Assembly: GCA_963669175.1 (NCBI GenBank)
Contig: OY769902.1
Coordinates: forward strand, 3,104,001 to 3,168,000
Direction: 5' to 3'
Source: a bacterium
GTDB taxonomy: Bacteria; Electryoneota; Electryoneia; Electryoneales; Electryoneaceae
Length of the DNA stretch: 64,000 bases
This document shows positions 9,613 through 18,986 of this stretch, in pieces. The notes beneath the pieces are model-generated. The model was not told where the DNA came from, did no database searches, and was given only the letters and a program-made list of their open reading frames with translations. How positions within the stretch are numbered: the stretch's first letter is position 1; every line of letters begins with the position of its first letter. Made by a program: the position numbers and the translations under genes.

Positions 9613-12438
9613 ATGGCGATATGGGTGCAAAATATTCTTAATGTCCGGCAGGGCGAAGGAAAGAAGGCTGCCTTGATGTTCTTCTATCCCTTCCTGCTGA
9701 TCTCCACGCTCCTGATGGTGAAACCGGTCAGAACATCCCTGTTCCTGACCGAGTTGGGGGTGTCTGCGCTACCATACGCCTACATCCTGGTCGCTGTCTC
9801 TTCGGCAATCCTGATCACTGTCTATTCACGATTAGCGGAACATCATCGTTTACACAAGATGATTTACACAACTCTTGGCCTTTCAATCGCAAGCCTGTTG
9901 GTATTCTGGTTGCTGCTGACTATCGACTACCGAGCCCAGTGGTTGTATTATCTCTTCTGGGCGTGGGTGGCGATCTTTGGGCCTGTTGTTGTCAGCCAGT
10001 TCTGGCTATTGGCGAATTATGTTTTTGATGCACGAGAAGCCAAGCGTCTTTTCAGCCTGCTGGGCGCCGGAGCAATCAGTGGCGGTATCGTTGGAGGTAG
10101 TTTCACCAGCCTCATGACTCCACTGATCGGAACGAACCAGATGCTGCTGTGCGGAGCTGTATTCCTTACGATCAGTGTAGTACTGGTGAAATTGATATGG
10201 AATCAGGAAACTCGTGAACGCTATTCCGATCAATTGAAACGAAGAAAAAAGTACAAATTCGCCAGCGAAGAGAAGCCCACGTTAGCCTTGATCTTCGAAT
10301 CACAGCATCTGACTTACTGGATGCTGCTTGTGGCGATTTCCGTCATCGTTGCCAACCTGGTTGATTATCAATACAACGCCATAGCCAGTAGTGTCATCAC
10401 CGATGCCGATGAGCTCACAGCCTTCTTTGGACTTTGGACGTCCATTTTGAATTTTGCTTCGCTGCTGATCCAGGTCTTTCTGACCAGCAAGTTTATCAAG
10501 AAGTTTGGCGTATCAGCCTCATTGTTTTTCCTGCCGGTTGGGATCATTATCGGGGCAATTTGTGTTTTGGGGACAGGCGCATTATGGGCCGCTGTACTGA
10601 TGCGGTCTAGTGAAGGCAGTATAAAACAATCCATCAATAAGGCCAGCCTGGAATTGCTGGCACTGCCCGTCCCGGCCGAAATAAAAAACAGGGTGAAGGC
10701 GTTTATCGATATTTTTATCGATAACCTGTCAACCGGGTTGGTAGGTTTGATGCTGATCGGGATGACATATTTCCTGAAATGGAATGTCCAGCAAATCGGG
10801 TATGTCATCCTGGGATTGCTTGGGGTATGGCTCTTCCTGAATGTTCAGATGCGAAAAGCCTATGTCCTGGCATTCCGTCAAGCCATTGAGAAACGGACCA
10901 TTCACCTCAAAGATGAAACCGCCCGTCTTGATGACGCTTCCCTTTTGAACAGCCTGTTGACACTGCTTGAAGGCGAAAACGTGCGTCAGATTCTCTATGT
11001 ACTGTCAATTATGGAAAATACCCAGAGTGAAAGACTGGCGCCGTATCTGGATCGTTTATTGGACAACGATAATGAAGAGGTGTTGATTCACACGCTACGG
11101 CTGGCATATCAACAGAAGAATATGGACTTGCAGGAGAAGGTTTGGCCCTTGATCAAACATGACAATCAGCTCGTGCGGATAGAATCTGTGCGATATATCC
11201 TGTTGTCAGCAGAAGATTCCAGAGCCTTGTTCCAGGATTTTATCAAGGATGAAGATATTCGTATACGACTTGCTGCATTGATGGTGGCGGCGCTTGAATA
11301 CAACAGTCTTAAAGATACGGATGGGGTTGAGGTATTCAGAGAATTTTTCACGCGTCTCAATGACGAAATCCAGAATCTGGATGCCGATCAAGATGAGATT
11401 GAATTTTATAAGAAAGAATTTGCCTGCATACTTGGAGCGGCTAAGGATCCTGAATTATATCCTTATCTGCATCTTCTGCTGGGTGATACTTCGCTAAATA
11501 CGCTTCGCCATGCTATCCGTGCTGCCGGCAATACAAGAAGTGAGGAATTTATCCCTACGCTGATTGCTCATCTCAGTACGAGGCGAGTCAGGGGGGTAGC
11601 CCAGGAGGCGCTGGCATCCTACGGTGAAACCATATTGCCGCACCTGTTGCCGCGAATGGATGACCCGCATGAGGATATACGCATCCGAGTTGCCGTACCG
11701 GAAATCATGTATCGTATTTCTTCCCAGGAAGTTGTGACTGTACTTGAAAACTACCTGGCAATCCCGGATGTTATAGTGCGTGATTCCGTTATCCGCGCAC
11801 TGAGTAAAATCAAATCTCGATATAAATCTCTGAAGTGTAACAAACAGATTGTCGCAACCCGGATCAGGGAAGAGGCCAGGCATTATTGTCATATGCTTCT
11901 GGTCTATCATACCCAGCTAAATGTCCTGAAACGGTCCAGGAAGACGAATGATGAAAACAGTGCGTTGAACCTGCTGGTGCGTGCAATCGAAGAGCGATTG
12001 GCAAAAACGCTTGAATGGACATTCCGTCTCCTGTCCATGACCTACTCGCCGGATGACATGTACAATGCGTATACAGGTGTTATTCATGAGAAAGCAGACT
12101 TGCGTGCCAATGCTGTGGAGTTCCTGGATAATGTGCTTGAACATGATCTGAAAAGAGTTATTTTACCTTTGGCCGAGCACAGGACCAGCAGAGTGCTGGT
12201 AAAACATGCCAGGGAGATGTACGGTCTCCAATCTCCGACCGAAGAGGAAAGCCTGGAATACCTGGTGAATACGACAGATGGATGGTTGCGCGCCTGTACC
12301 TTGTTCCGGCTGGCGGAGATTGCTGATCCTGATTATGAACTGTTCGCAGAGAAACACCTGAATGATCAATTCCCGGTAGTGCGCGAGACTGCGCAACTTG
12401 TAATGAGAAAGTTGAACAGGTCAGAGCAGTCAGAGTAA
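9613..12438 (+). CDS. NTT/Npt1-like (TLC) nucleotide transporter fused to HEAT repeats
   Basis: Membrane domain with KPVRTSLF, QFW..ANYVFDAREAKRLF and KAFID motifs, followed by a helical HEAT-repeat region. Probable start is MAIWVQ at 9613. Confidence 0.8.
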   Translation: MAIWVQNILNVRQGEGKKAALMFFYPFLLISTLLMVKPVRTSLFLTELGVSALPYAYILVAVSSAILITVYSRLAEHHRLHKMIYTTLGLSIASLLVFWLLLTIDYRAQWLYYLFWAWVAIFGPVVVSQFWLLANYVFDAREAKRLFSLLGAGAISGGIVGGSFTSLMTPLIGTNQMLLCGAVFLTISVVLVKLIWNQETRERYSDQLKRRKKYKFASEEKPTLALIFESQHLTYWMLLVAISVIVANLVDYQYNAIASSVITDADELTAFFGLWTSILNFASLLIQVFLTSKFIKKFGVSASLFFLPVGIIIGAICVLGTGALWAAVLMRSSEGSIKQSINKASLELLALPVPAEIKNRVKAFIDIFIDNLSTGLVGLMLIGMTYFLKWNVQQIGYVILGLLGVWLFLNVQMRKAYVLAFRQAIEKRTIHLKDETARLDDASLLNSLLTLLEGENVRQILYVLSIMENTQSERLAPYLDRLLDNDNEEVLIHTLRLAYQQKNMDLQEKVWPLIKHDNQLVRIESVRYILLSAEDSRALFQDFIKDEDIRIRLAALMVAALEYNSLKDTDGVEVFREFFTRLNDEIQNLDADQDEIEFYKKEFACILGAAKDPELYPYLHLLLGDTSLNTLRHAIRAAGNTRSEEFIPTLIAHLSTRRVRGVAQEALASYGETILPHLLPRMDDPHEDIRIRVAVPEIMYRISSQEVVTVLENYLAIPDVIVRDSVIRALSKIKSRYKSLKCNKQIVATRIREEARHYCHMLLVYHTQLNVLKRSRKTNDENSALNLLVRAIEERLAKTLEWTFRLLSMTYSPDDMYNAYTGVIHEKADLRANAVEFLDNVLEHDLKRVILPLAEHRTSRVLVKHAREMYGLQSPTEEESLEYLVNTTDGWLRACTLFRLAEIADPDYELFAEKHLNDQFPVVRETAQLVMRKLNRSEQSE

Positions 12439-12464
12439 GCTGAACCTTTAACTCGATAGAATCC

Positions 12465-12911
12465 ATGTTAACAGTCGTCGAGAAAGTCATTTTCTTGCAG
12501 GATATTGATGTGTTCCAGCCGATTCCCACATCGGATCTGGCGCACCTGGCTGCTATTACCGAGCAGTTGAATTTCTCGAAATCCAGCATCCTGTTCAAAA
12601 AGGGCGATATCTCCGACTCGATGTACATGGTGATTGAGGGTAAAGTCAGGTTGCATCGTGATGGGGCGGAGGTGATGGTAGCCGGGTATAAGGAAGTGTT
12701 TGGAACCTGGGCCTTGTTTGACGATGAACCCCGCATGGTGACTGCAGAAGCAATTGAGGATACTACAGTACTGCGGATCGACAAGGAAGACTTCATCGAT
12801 CTGCTGGCTGATCATGTGGAAATCACCCAGGGCATTTTGAAAGCGGTGGTTCAGCGTTTGCGAACACTCGTGGCTGTGGTGGAGAGAGACGCCCGTACCC
12901 GAGGCGCATGA
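12465..12911 (+). CDS. Stand-alone cyclic-nucleotide-binding domain protein
   Basis: Motifs LFKKGD, MYMVIEGKV, FGTWALFDDEPRMVTA; no HTH domain. Confidence 0.85.
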   Translation: MLTVVEKVIFLQDIDVFQPIPTSDLAHLAAITEQLNFSKSSILFKKGDISDSMYMVIEGKVRLHRDGAEVMVAGYKEVFGTWALFDDEPRMVTAEAIEDTTVLRIDKEDFIDLLADHVEITQGILKAVVQRLRTLVAVVERDARTRGA

Positions 12912-13062
12912 TCCCTGCATCATGTGAGTTACAAGTGTGATCTAACAATTGGTTTTCCTTGTTCTTGAGAGCGGAGACACGTCCTTTCGAGGTCTTGCGA
13001 ATCAGGGATCGAACGAATACCTTATGGCTCGCTTGACACACTGTGTTGAGCATTGGTTTTCC

Positions 13063-13137
13063 GGGGCAGTAGCTCAGTTTGGTTAGAGTGCCGGCCTGTC
13101 ACGCCGGAGGTCGCGAGTTCGAGCCTCGTCTGCCCCG
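13063..13137 (+). tRNA. tRNA-Asp(GTC)
   Basis: Acceptor stem GGGGCAG/CTGCCCC, anticodon GTC at 13098-13100, T-loop GTTCGAG. CCA is not encoded. Confidence 0.97.
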
Positions 13138-13143
13138 CTGTAG

Positions 13144-13178
13144 AAGCCTCAACGAAGGTTCTTCGTTGAGGCTTTTTT
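13144..13178 (+). terminator. Terminator after tRNA-Asp
   Basis: Stem AAGCCTCAACGAAG/CTTCGTTGAGGCTT followed by a T tract. Confidence 0.85.
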
Positions 13179-13245
13179 CAGGAGTACCGGTATCGAGGGT
13201 CCCGTAGAACGACCTTCGTGGAGATAGATACGAACGGAGGCAATC

Positions 13246-14469
13246 ATGTCCCCACTCAGCTCGAAGCAGTGCATTGACATGGAAGCGACTTTCGGTGCAC
13301 ACAACTATCATCCACTGCCCATCGTTATCGCACGCGGCGAAGGTGTATGGGTTTGGGATCCCGAAGGCAATACCTACATGGACTGCCTCGCGGCGTACAG
13401 TGCACTGAACCAGGGCTATGGCCATCCGCGCATTATGGAAGCGGCTCGCCAGCAGCTCGAAACCGGTGTAACACTCACCAGCCGTGCTTTCTTTAACACG
13501 CGTCTTGGTGAATTCCTCAAGATGGTCAGCGAGATCACCGGTCATGATCGTGTGCTGCCGATGAACACCGGCGCAGAAGCGGTTGAATCCGCGATCAAGC
13601 TCGCCCGTAAATGGGGCTACGAGAAGAAGGGCGTTCCTGCGGACGAGGCGGAGATCCTTACCTTTGCCGGCAACTTCCATGGTCGCACGACAACCATCGT
13701 CGGTTTCTCGACAGACGAAGACTACAAGAAGAACTTCGGCCCGTTTACACCTGGATTCACATCCGCCATTTTCGGCGATTATGATTCCTTCCTTGAGAAT
13801 GTTACCGACAATACCGTCGCCATCCTGATCGAGCCGATCCAGGCTGAAGGCGGCATTCTGATTCCGCCGGCAGGTTATCTGAAGAAGGTGGCGGATTACT
13901 GTAAAGAACATAACATCCTGTTCATGGCGGACGAGATTCAGACCGGCCTGGGACGTACCGGCAAGATGTTCGCTTGCGAGTGGGAAGATGTACATCCTGA
14001 TGTATATACCCTGGCAAAAGCCATCAGCGGTGGCTTCATGCCGGTCAGCGTGGTGACAGCCAACGCGGACGTGATGGATGTCTTCACCCCCGGTATCCAT
14101 GGCAGCACCTACGGCGGCAATCCGCTCGGAGCCGCGGTCGCAGTTGAAGCGCTCAAGGTTCTCCTTGAGGAAAAGCTTCCGGAACGCGCTGCGGAACTGG
14201 GCGAATACTTCGTTGAAAAGCTGAAAGCCATTGATTCACCGCATGTAAAGACGATCCGTGCGCGCGGCCTGTTGGTCGGTGTCGAGATCAAGAAAGAAAG
14301 CGGCGTGGCGCGCCCCTTCTGCGAAAAGCTCAAGGAAAAGGGAATCCTGGCGAAGGAAACCCATGAAAGCGTTATCCGCTTTGCGCCTCCGCTTGTTATC
14401 AAGAAGGAAGAAATCGACTGGGCGCTGGAACGCATCGAAGCCGTTCTTACCACTGAAGCCCCGGTTTGA
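13246..14469 (+). CDS. rocD: Ornithine--oxo-acid aminotransferase
   Basis: Motifs GAHNYHPLP, AAYSALNQG, PMNTGAEAVE, EPIQAEGG, DEIQTGLGRTG and HGSTYGGNPL. Confidence 0.95.
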   Translation: MSPLSSKQCIDMEATFGAHNYHPLPIVIARGEGVWVWDPEGNTYMDCLAAYSALNQGYGHPRIMEAARQQLETGVTLTSRAFFNTRLGEFLKMVSEITGHDRVLPMNTGAEAVESAIKLARKWGYEKKGVPADEAEILTFAGNFHGRTTTIVGFSTDEDYKKNFGPFTPGFTSAIFGDYDSFLENVTDNTVAILIEPIQAEGGILIPPAGYLKKVADYCKEHNILFMADEIQTGLGRTGKMFACEWEDVHPDVYTLAKAISGGFMPVSVVTANADVMDVFTPGIHGSTYGGNPLGAAVAVEALKVLLEEKLPERAAELGEYFVEKLKAIDSPHVKTIRARGLLVGVEIKKESGVARPFCEKLKEKGILAKETHESVIRFAPPLVIKKEEIDWALERIEAVLTTEAPV

Positions 14470-14511
14470 TCTAATCTCTTTATTTGCTTGTAGTTCTGTT
14501 TAGATCGCTAC

Positions 14512-14544
14512 TGCCCGAGCCTACCGAGGCTCGGGCATTTTTTT
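14512..14544 (+). terminator. Terminator after rocD
   Basis: Stem TGCCCGAGCCT/AGGCTCGGGCA followed by T7. Confidence 0.85.
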
Positions 14545-14554
14545 GGTTTTCATC

Positions 14555-14583
14555 TTGACCAAAGCGGCGGTGGAGAGTAGCTT
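14555..14583 (+). promoter_or_regulatory. Putative sigma70 promoter of glgP
   Basis: TTGACC-N17-TAGCTT. Confidence 0.55.
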
Positions 14584-14628
14584 CAACTATCATGTCTAAT
14601 CATGTTCCATTGATCTACAGGAAGAGCC

Positions 14629-17208
14629 ATGCACCCAGCCCATACTTTCCATGTTACTCCCAAGCTGCCAAAGAACCTGGAACGCTTACGCGATATCATC
14701 TATAACCTGCACTGGACCTGGAATCATGAAGCGATAGATCTGTTTCGCAGGCTTGACCAGGATTTGTTCAAGAAGGTCGGCCAGAATCCGGTCAAGCTTA
14801 TCGCCCAGGTCAGCCAGGAACGCTTGAAGGAAGCTTCCGAGGATGACGGCTTCCTGAGCCACCTGGAGCGTGTCTGGTTGGACTTCGAAGTGTACCAGAG
14901 CGAAAAAACCTGGTACAAGTCAACCTATGACAATCATGAGGACCTGAAAATCGTTTATTTCTCCGCGGAGTTCGGGTTGCATGAGAGTATCCCCGTGTAT
15001 TCGGGTGGTTTGGGCATCCTTGCCGGTGATTACCTGAAAGCTGTCAGCGACCTTGGCGTACCCATGGTTGGCGTTGGGCTGATGTATCAGAAGGGGTATT
15101 TCACCCAGTATCTGAACGCTGAAGGGTGGCAGGGTGAGAAGTATCCGGAAACAGATCTGTTCCATACGCCGGTGCGGTTGCTGCGTAACGAGGATGAAAC
15201 TCCGCTCGAGTTTGAGTTGCGTGTTGGTCCGCGTGATGTCAAGGTTCACATCTGGCTGGCAAAGGTTGGCCGGGTCAATCTGTACCTGCTGGATACAAAT
15301 GTTGTGGCAAATCATCCTGATGATCGCAGTATCACCGAGAACCTGTATGGTGGCGACACGGAGACACGTGTCAAGCAGGAGATCGTGCTTGGTGTCGGTG
15401 GTATACAGGCAATGGAACTGCTGGGAATCAAGGGTTCAATCTACCATATGAATGAAGGCCATTCCGCGTTCATGGCGCTGGAACGGATTCGTATGCTGAT
15501 GGAGAAGCAGCATATGAGTTTCGATGAAGCTCGTGAAGCTGCGCGCGCTGGAAATGTCTTTACCACACATACCCCGGTTCCGGCGGGTATTGATCGTTTC
15601 GGGCTGGATCTGGTTGAGAAGTATTTCAGCGATTACTGGCCCACACTTGGTATTGACAAGACACGCTTCTTTGAACTTGGCGGGGTCGGTTCGCAGGGCA
15701 ATGAGACCAGCTTCAACATGGCGATTCTGGCCATTCGTTTATCCGCGTATACCAATGGCGTGAGTGATTTGCATGCCAAGGTCAGCCAGGACATGTGGCA
15801 CTACCTCTGGCCGCAGTTCCCCAAATACGAAGCGCCGATTTACCCGATCCGCAATGCGATTCATGCGCGTTCCTGGATCGCTCAGGACATCAGCATGTTG
15901 CTGGACCGTTATCTCGGCGCAAAGTGGGAAGAGGATCCGACCAACCGGAACATGTGGAAGCGGGTACAACAGATATCAACTGAAGAGTTCTGGCGGACTC
16001 GGGAACGTCAGCGCGCCCGTCTGGTGGAATTTGCCCGCGACCGTCTGGCGCAACAGTTCAAGCAGCGTGATGAAACCCACACTGTGATTGAACGCGCCAA
16101 GGATGTGCTTGACATTCAGGCGCTGACCATCGGGTTTGCAAGGCGTTTTGCCACATACAAACGTGGCAGCCTGCTGATGAGTGACAAGGAACGCTTGAAG
16201 AGGATTCTGAACAATCCGAACATGCCGGTGCAGTTGATTTTCGCGGGGAAGGCGCATCCGCAGGATAATCCCGGCAAGCAGGTTATTCGTGACATTATTC
16301 ATTTCGCCCGTGAAGAAGAAGTACGCAACAAGATTGTATTTCTTGAAGATTATGATATCGGTGTTGCTCGCAAGATGGTGCAAGGGTGCGATATCTGGCT
16401 GAACAATCCCCGTCCACCAAAAGAAGCTTCGGGCACAAGCGGTATGAAGGCCGCTGTAAATGGCGTCATACATGTCAGTACACTTGATGGCTGGTGGGCG
16501 GACATCTTCACCCCGGAAATCGGTTGGGCGATTGGCGCCGGTGAGAAGTATGAGGGAAGCGTATTCCAGACCGATGACATGGAAGAGTACCAGGATAAGG
16601 TTGAGTCGCAAGCCCTGTACGATTTGCTGGAAAACGAAATCGTTCCCCTGTTCTACAAACGGGATCGTGCCGGTGTGCCCCGTGGCTGGGTGCAGAAAGT
16701 ACTCAAGATGATGGAGGTTGTCTGTCCGGAGTACATCACCTCGAATATGGTATTCAACTATACATCCAAGGCATATTTGCCCTGCCATGAACGTGCGACA
16801 CGACTGGCTGAAGACAGTTACAAACGGTCACGTGATCTGATCAAATGGGAGAAGCGTATTCACACCTCCTGGAGGGATGTGAAAATCCTGCAGGTGGAGT
16901 CGGAGTACATAAAGAACCTGACAGTTGGGAATACACTTCCGATACGCGCTACAGTACATCTTGGCAAGCTTCGTCATAGTGATGTCAAGGTGCAGGTGTT
17001 TATGGGCACTTTGGCCGGGGATCGTGAGTTAAAGAATGGGAGCGGCATTGACCTGAACTATTTCCACGATGTTGAATCTGACAAGGCTTTGTTTGTAGGT
17101 GACATTCCATGTGATACATCAGGAAATCATGGTTTCTCCATCAGGGTGTTGCCTTTCCATGAAGACATGAACAGTCCGCTGGATCTTGGGGTAGTTTGCT
17201 GGGAGTGA
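14629..17208 (+). CDS. glgP: Alpha-glucan (glycogen/maltodextrin) phosphorylase
   Basis: Motifs YSGGLGILAGD, HMNEGH, FARRFATYKR, AGKAHP and EASGTSGMKA (PLP lysine). Confidence 0.95.
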   Translation: MHPAHTFHVTPKLPKNLERLRDIIYNLHWTWNHEAIDLFRRLDQDLFKKVGQNPVKLIAQVSQERLKEASEDDGFLSHLERVWLDFEVYQSEKTWYKSTYDNHEDLKIVYFSAEFGLHESIPVYSGGLGILAGDYLKAVSDLGVPMVGVGLMYQKGYFTQYLNAEGWQGEKYPETDLFHTPVRLLRNEDETPLEFELRVGPRDVKVHIWLAKVGRVNLYLLDTNVVANHPDDRSITENLYGGDTETRVKQEIVLGVGGIQAMELLGIKGSIYHMNEGHSAFMALERIRMLMEKQHMSFDEAREAARAGNVFTTHTPVPAGIDRFGLDLVEKYFSDYWPTLGIDKTRFFELGGVGSQGNETSFNMAILAIRLSAYTNGVSDLHAKVSQDMWHYLWPQFPKYEAPIYPIRNAIHARSWIAQDISMLLDRYLGAKWEEDPTNRNMWKRVQQISTEEFWRTRERQRARLVEFARDRLAQQFKQRDETHTVIERAKDVLDIQALTIGFARRFATYKRGSLLMSDKERLKRILNNPNMPVQLIFAGKAHPQDNPGKQVIRDIIHFAREEEVRNKIVFLEDYDIGVARKMVQGCDIWLNNPRPPKEASGTSGMKAAVNGVIHVSTLDGWWADIFTPEIGWAIGAGEKYEGSVFQTDDMEEYQDKVESQALYDLLENEIVPLFYKRDRAGVPRGWVQKVLKMMEVVCPEYITSNMVFNYTSKAYLPCHERATRLAEDSYKRSRDLIKWEKRIHTSWRDVKILQVESEYIKNLTVGNTLPIRATVHLGKLRHSDVKVQVFMGTLAGDRELKNGSGIDLNYFHDVESDKALFVGDIPCDTSGNHGFSIRVLPFHEDMNSPLDLGVVCWE

Positions 17209-17212
17209 TTCG

Positions 17213-17758
17213 ATGGCGACCGAAGTAAACGAAAAGGGGAGTACACGAGTTGTCAATACCGAATGGCTGCAGATGTCGGATGACAGCAAGCGCAGCAGAA
17301 AAGAAACTCACAGGATTCTTGAGAATACACCGTTTTTTACAGAATTGCCCAAGGCGGATTGGCGGCAGTTGGAAACCCTGTTTCATCATCGCCAGTTCGA
17401 AACCAATGAGACAATATTTTACGAAGGAACGCCCGGGCTTGGCATGTATGTCATTCTGGATGGGAAAGTTCGAATCCTGTCCAACAAGAACGGCCGGGAC
17501 GTGGAATATGCTTTGCTTGAGCAGGGCGACTTCTTCGGTGAACTTTCCCTGGTTGAAGAAGAACATCCACGCAGTGCAACGGCAGTAGCTGTCTCCCCGA
17601 CACGACTGATAGGATTTTTCAGGCCGCAACTGTTGTCCCTGTTGCATACTCGTCCCAAACTGGGTGTAGTGCTCATGGAGCGTCTTGCTCGCAGCATTGC
17701 CAAGAGATTGCGTGAATCCAATAAACTGTTGGAACAGCATGAGCGACTTGAAGACTGA
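17213..17758 (+). CDS. Cyclic-nucleotide-binding domain protein
   Basis: Motifs IFYEG, GMYVILDGKV and GDFFGELSL...PRSATA. Confidence 0.85.
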   Translation: MATEVNEKGSTRVVNTEWLQMSDDSKRSRKETHRILENTPFFTELPKADWRQLETLFHHRQFETNETIFYEGTPGLGMYVILDGKVRILSNKNGRDVEYALLEQGDFFGELSLVEEEHPRSATAVAVSPTRLIGFFRPQLLSLLHTRPKLGVVLMERLARSIAKRLRESNKLLEQHERLED

Positions 17759-18866
17759 TATGGCAACAGTGGCCCAGCAACCGGTGGTGCGTCCAATCTG
17801 GCGCAGGCTGATCGTTCTCCTGTTCAGTCTGCTCGCGGCCTATCTCTTTTTCAAGGCTTACAACCTGATTAGCGATATTGTTACCGCAGTAGTTATTTCC
17901 GTGGTGCTGACCTATGTCATCCGTCCCCTGATGCTCGCCCTTGAAAGGCAGTACATTCCACGAGTTGCTTCTATTCTTGGCATCTTCGCGATAATTACCG
18001 GTCTGTTGATCCTCCTGATCACCTTCATTGTCCCGATCCTGGTTGATGAAATACAGGGATTGGCGATGAATCTACAGCAGATCGATATCAGTACTCAGCT
18101 TTCCAAGTTGCGTGTGTGGCTGGATTCCAAATACTCGGGATTGTCCACCATCATCGGGATTGATCCTGAGCTGTGGAAACAGGAGGGGCCGACTGCTGAG
18201 CTCCTGAATCAGTTAAAGGGCTATATGAGCAATGTGCTGGAAACCTCGGGCAATATCCTTTCCGGCGCTTTTAATTTTGTTGCGCTTGCCATTGTGGTGC
18301 CATTCCTGACATTCTTCATGTTGCGTGACGGCGATTCCTTTGCCAAGAGGATTATTGAAAAAGTACCCAACCGTTACTTCGAAATGACCCTGTCGTTGAC
18401 CCATAAAGTGGACAACACCATGGGGGACTACCTCCGGGGAATCTTCATCGAATCGCTGATTGTCGGCGGCTTGTCCTGGATTTTCTTCCAGATCATGGGG
18501 TTAAAATTTGCCCTGGTGCTGGGCGTAGTCGCCGGGTTGCTGAACATGATTCAGTTTTTCGGGCCGATGCTGACGTATATCCCTGTACTACTCGTAACGG
18601 CGTTGACCTATCAACCAGTCTGGGCCGGGATTTTCTGGGCGATTGTGATCAACCTGTCAGTGCAGGCGCTTGATAATATTGTGCTGAAACCGGTTGTCAT
18701 TTCACGTTCGGTTAATGTGCATCCTGTTGCAGTATTGCTGACTGTGCTTGTCGGTGGCAAGCTGGCCGGTGCGCTGGGGATGTTCATTGCTGTGCCCGTA
18801 TATGCCATTGCACATACGGTTATTCTTGACCTGTATTCCCATTTGAAAGCGTACCGGGTTATATAA
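17739..18866 (+). CDS. AI-2E family transporter
   Basis: Hydrophobic, with motifs FFMLRDG, YLRG, LNMIQFFGP and VNVHPV. The start is 17739 or 17760. Confidence 0.85.
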   Translation: MSDLKTDMATVAQQPVVRPIWRRLIVLLFSLLAAYLFFKAYNLISDIVTAVVISVVLTYVIRPLMLALERQYIPRVASILGIFAIITGLLILLITFIVPILVDEIQGLAMNLQQIDISTQLSKLRVWLDSKYSGLSTIIGIDPELWKQEGPTAELLNQLKGYMSNVLETSGNILSGAFNFVALAIVVPFLTFFMLRDGDSFAKRIIEKVPNRYFEMTLSLTHKVDNTMGDYLRGIFIESLIVGGLSWIFFQIMGLKFALVLGVVAGLLNMIQFFGPMLTYIPVLLVTALTYQPVWAGIFWAIVINLSVQALDNIVLKPVVISRSVNVHPVAVLLTVLVGGKLAGALGMFIAVPVYAIAHTVILDLYSHLKAYRVI

Positions 18867-18986
18867 AAGGATGGCTCCGTTCCTGTTGAATCCGGAACAG
18901 AGTCTCTGTATTGTTTTGGCCCAAAGGCAGTCCTTTCGCAACAAGCGAACATCCATTGTTTTTCAACGATACAGGATTTTCCAGTC

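Noticed and set aside
12911-13009. ATCCCTG...CAGGGAT-bounded segment as 6S or SRP RNA
   Set aside because: Only a 7-bp closing stem, about 100 nt in total, with no SRP domain IV motif and no 6S-like extended pairing.
13063-13200. tRNA-Asp as the integration site of an island
   Set aside because: It is followed by its terminator and the housekeeping gene rocD. No integrase or duplicated tRNA 3' end was seen.
13099-14100. Long antisense ORFs opposite rocD (also gdhA 30286-31146, pruA 56429-57271, glgP, purL)
   Set aside because: These are shadows of codon bias in real genes, with no motifs or RBS.
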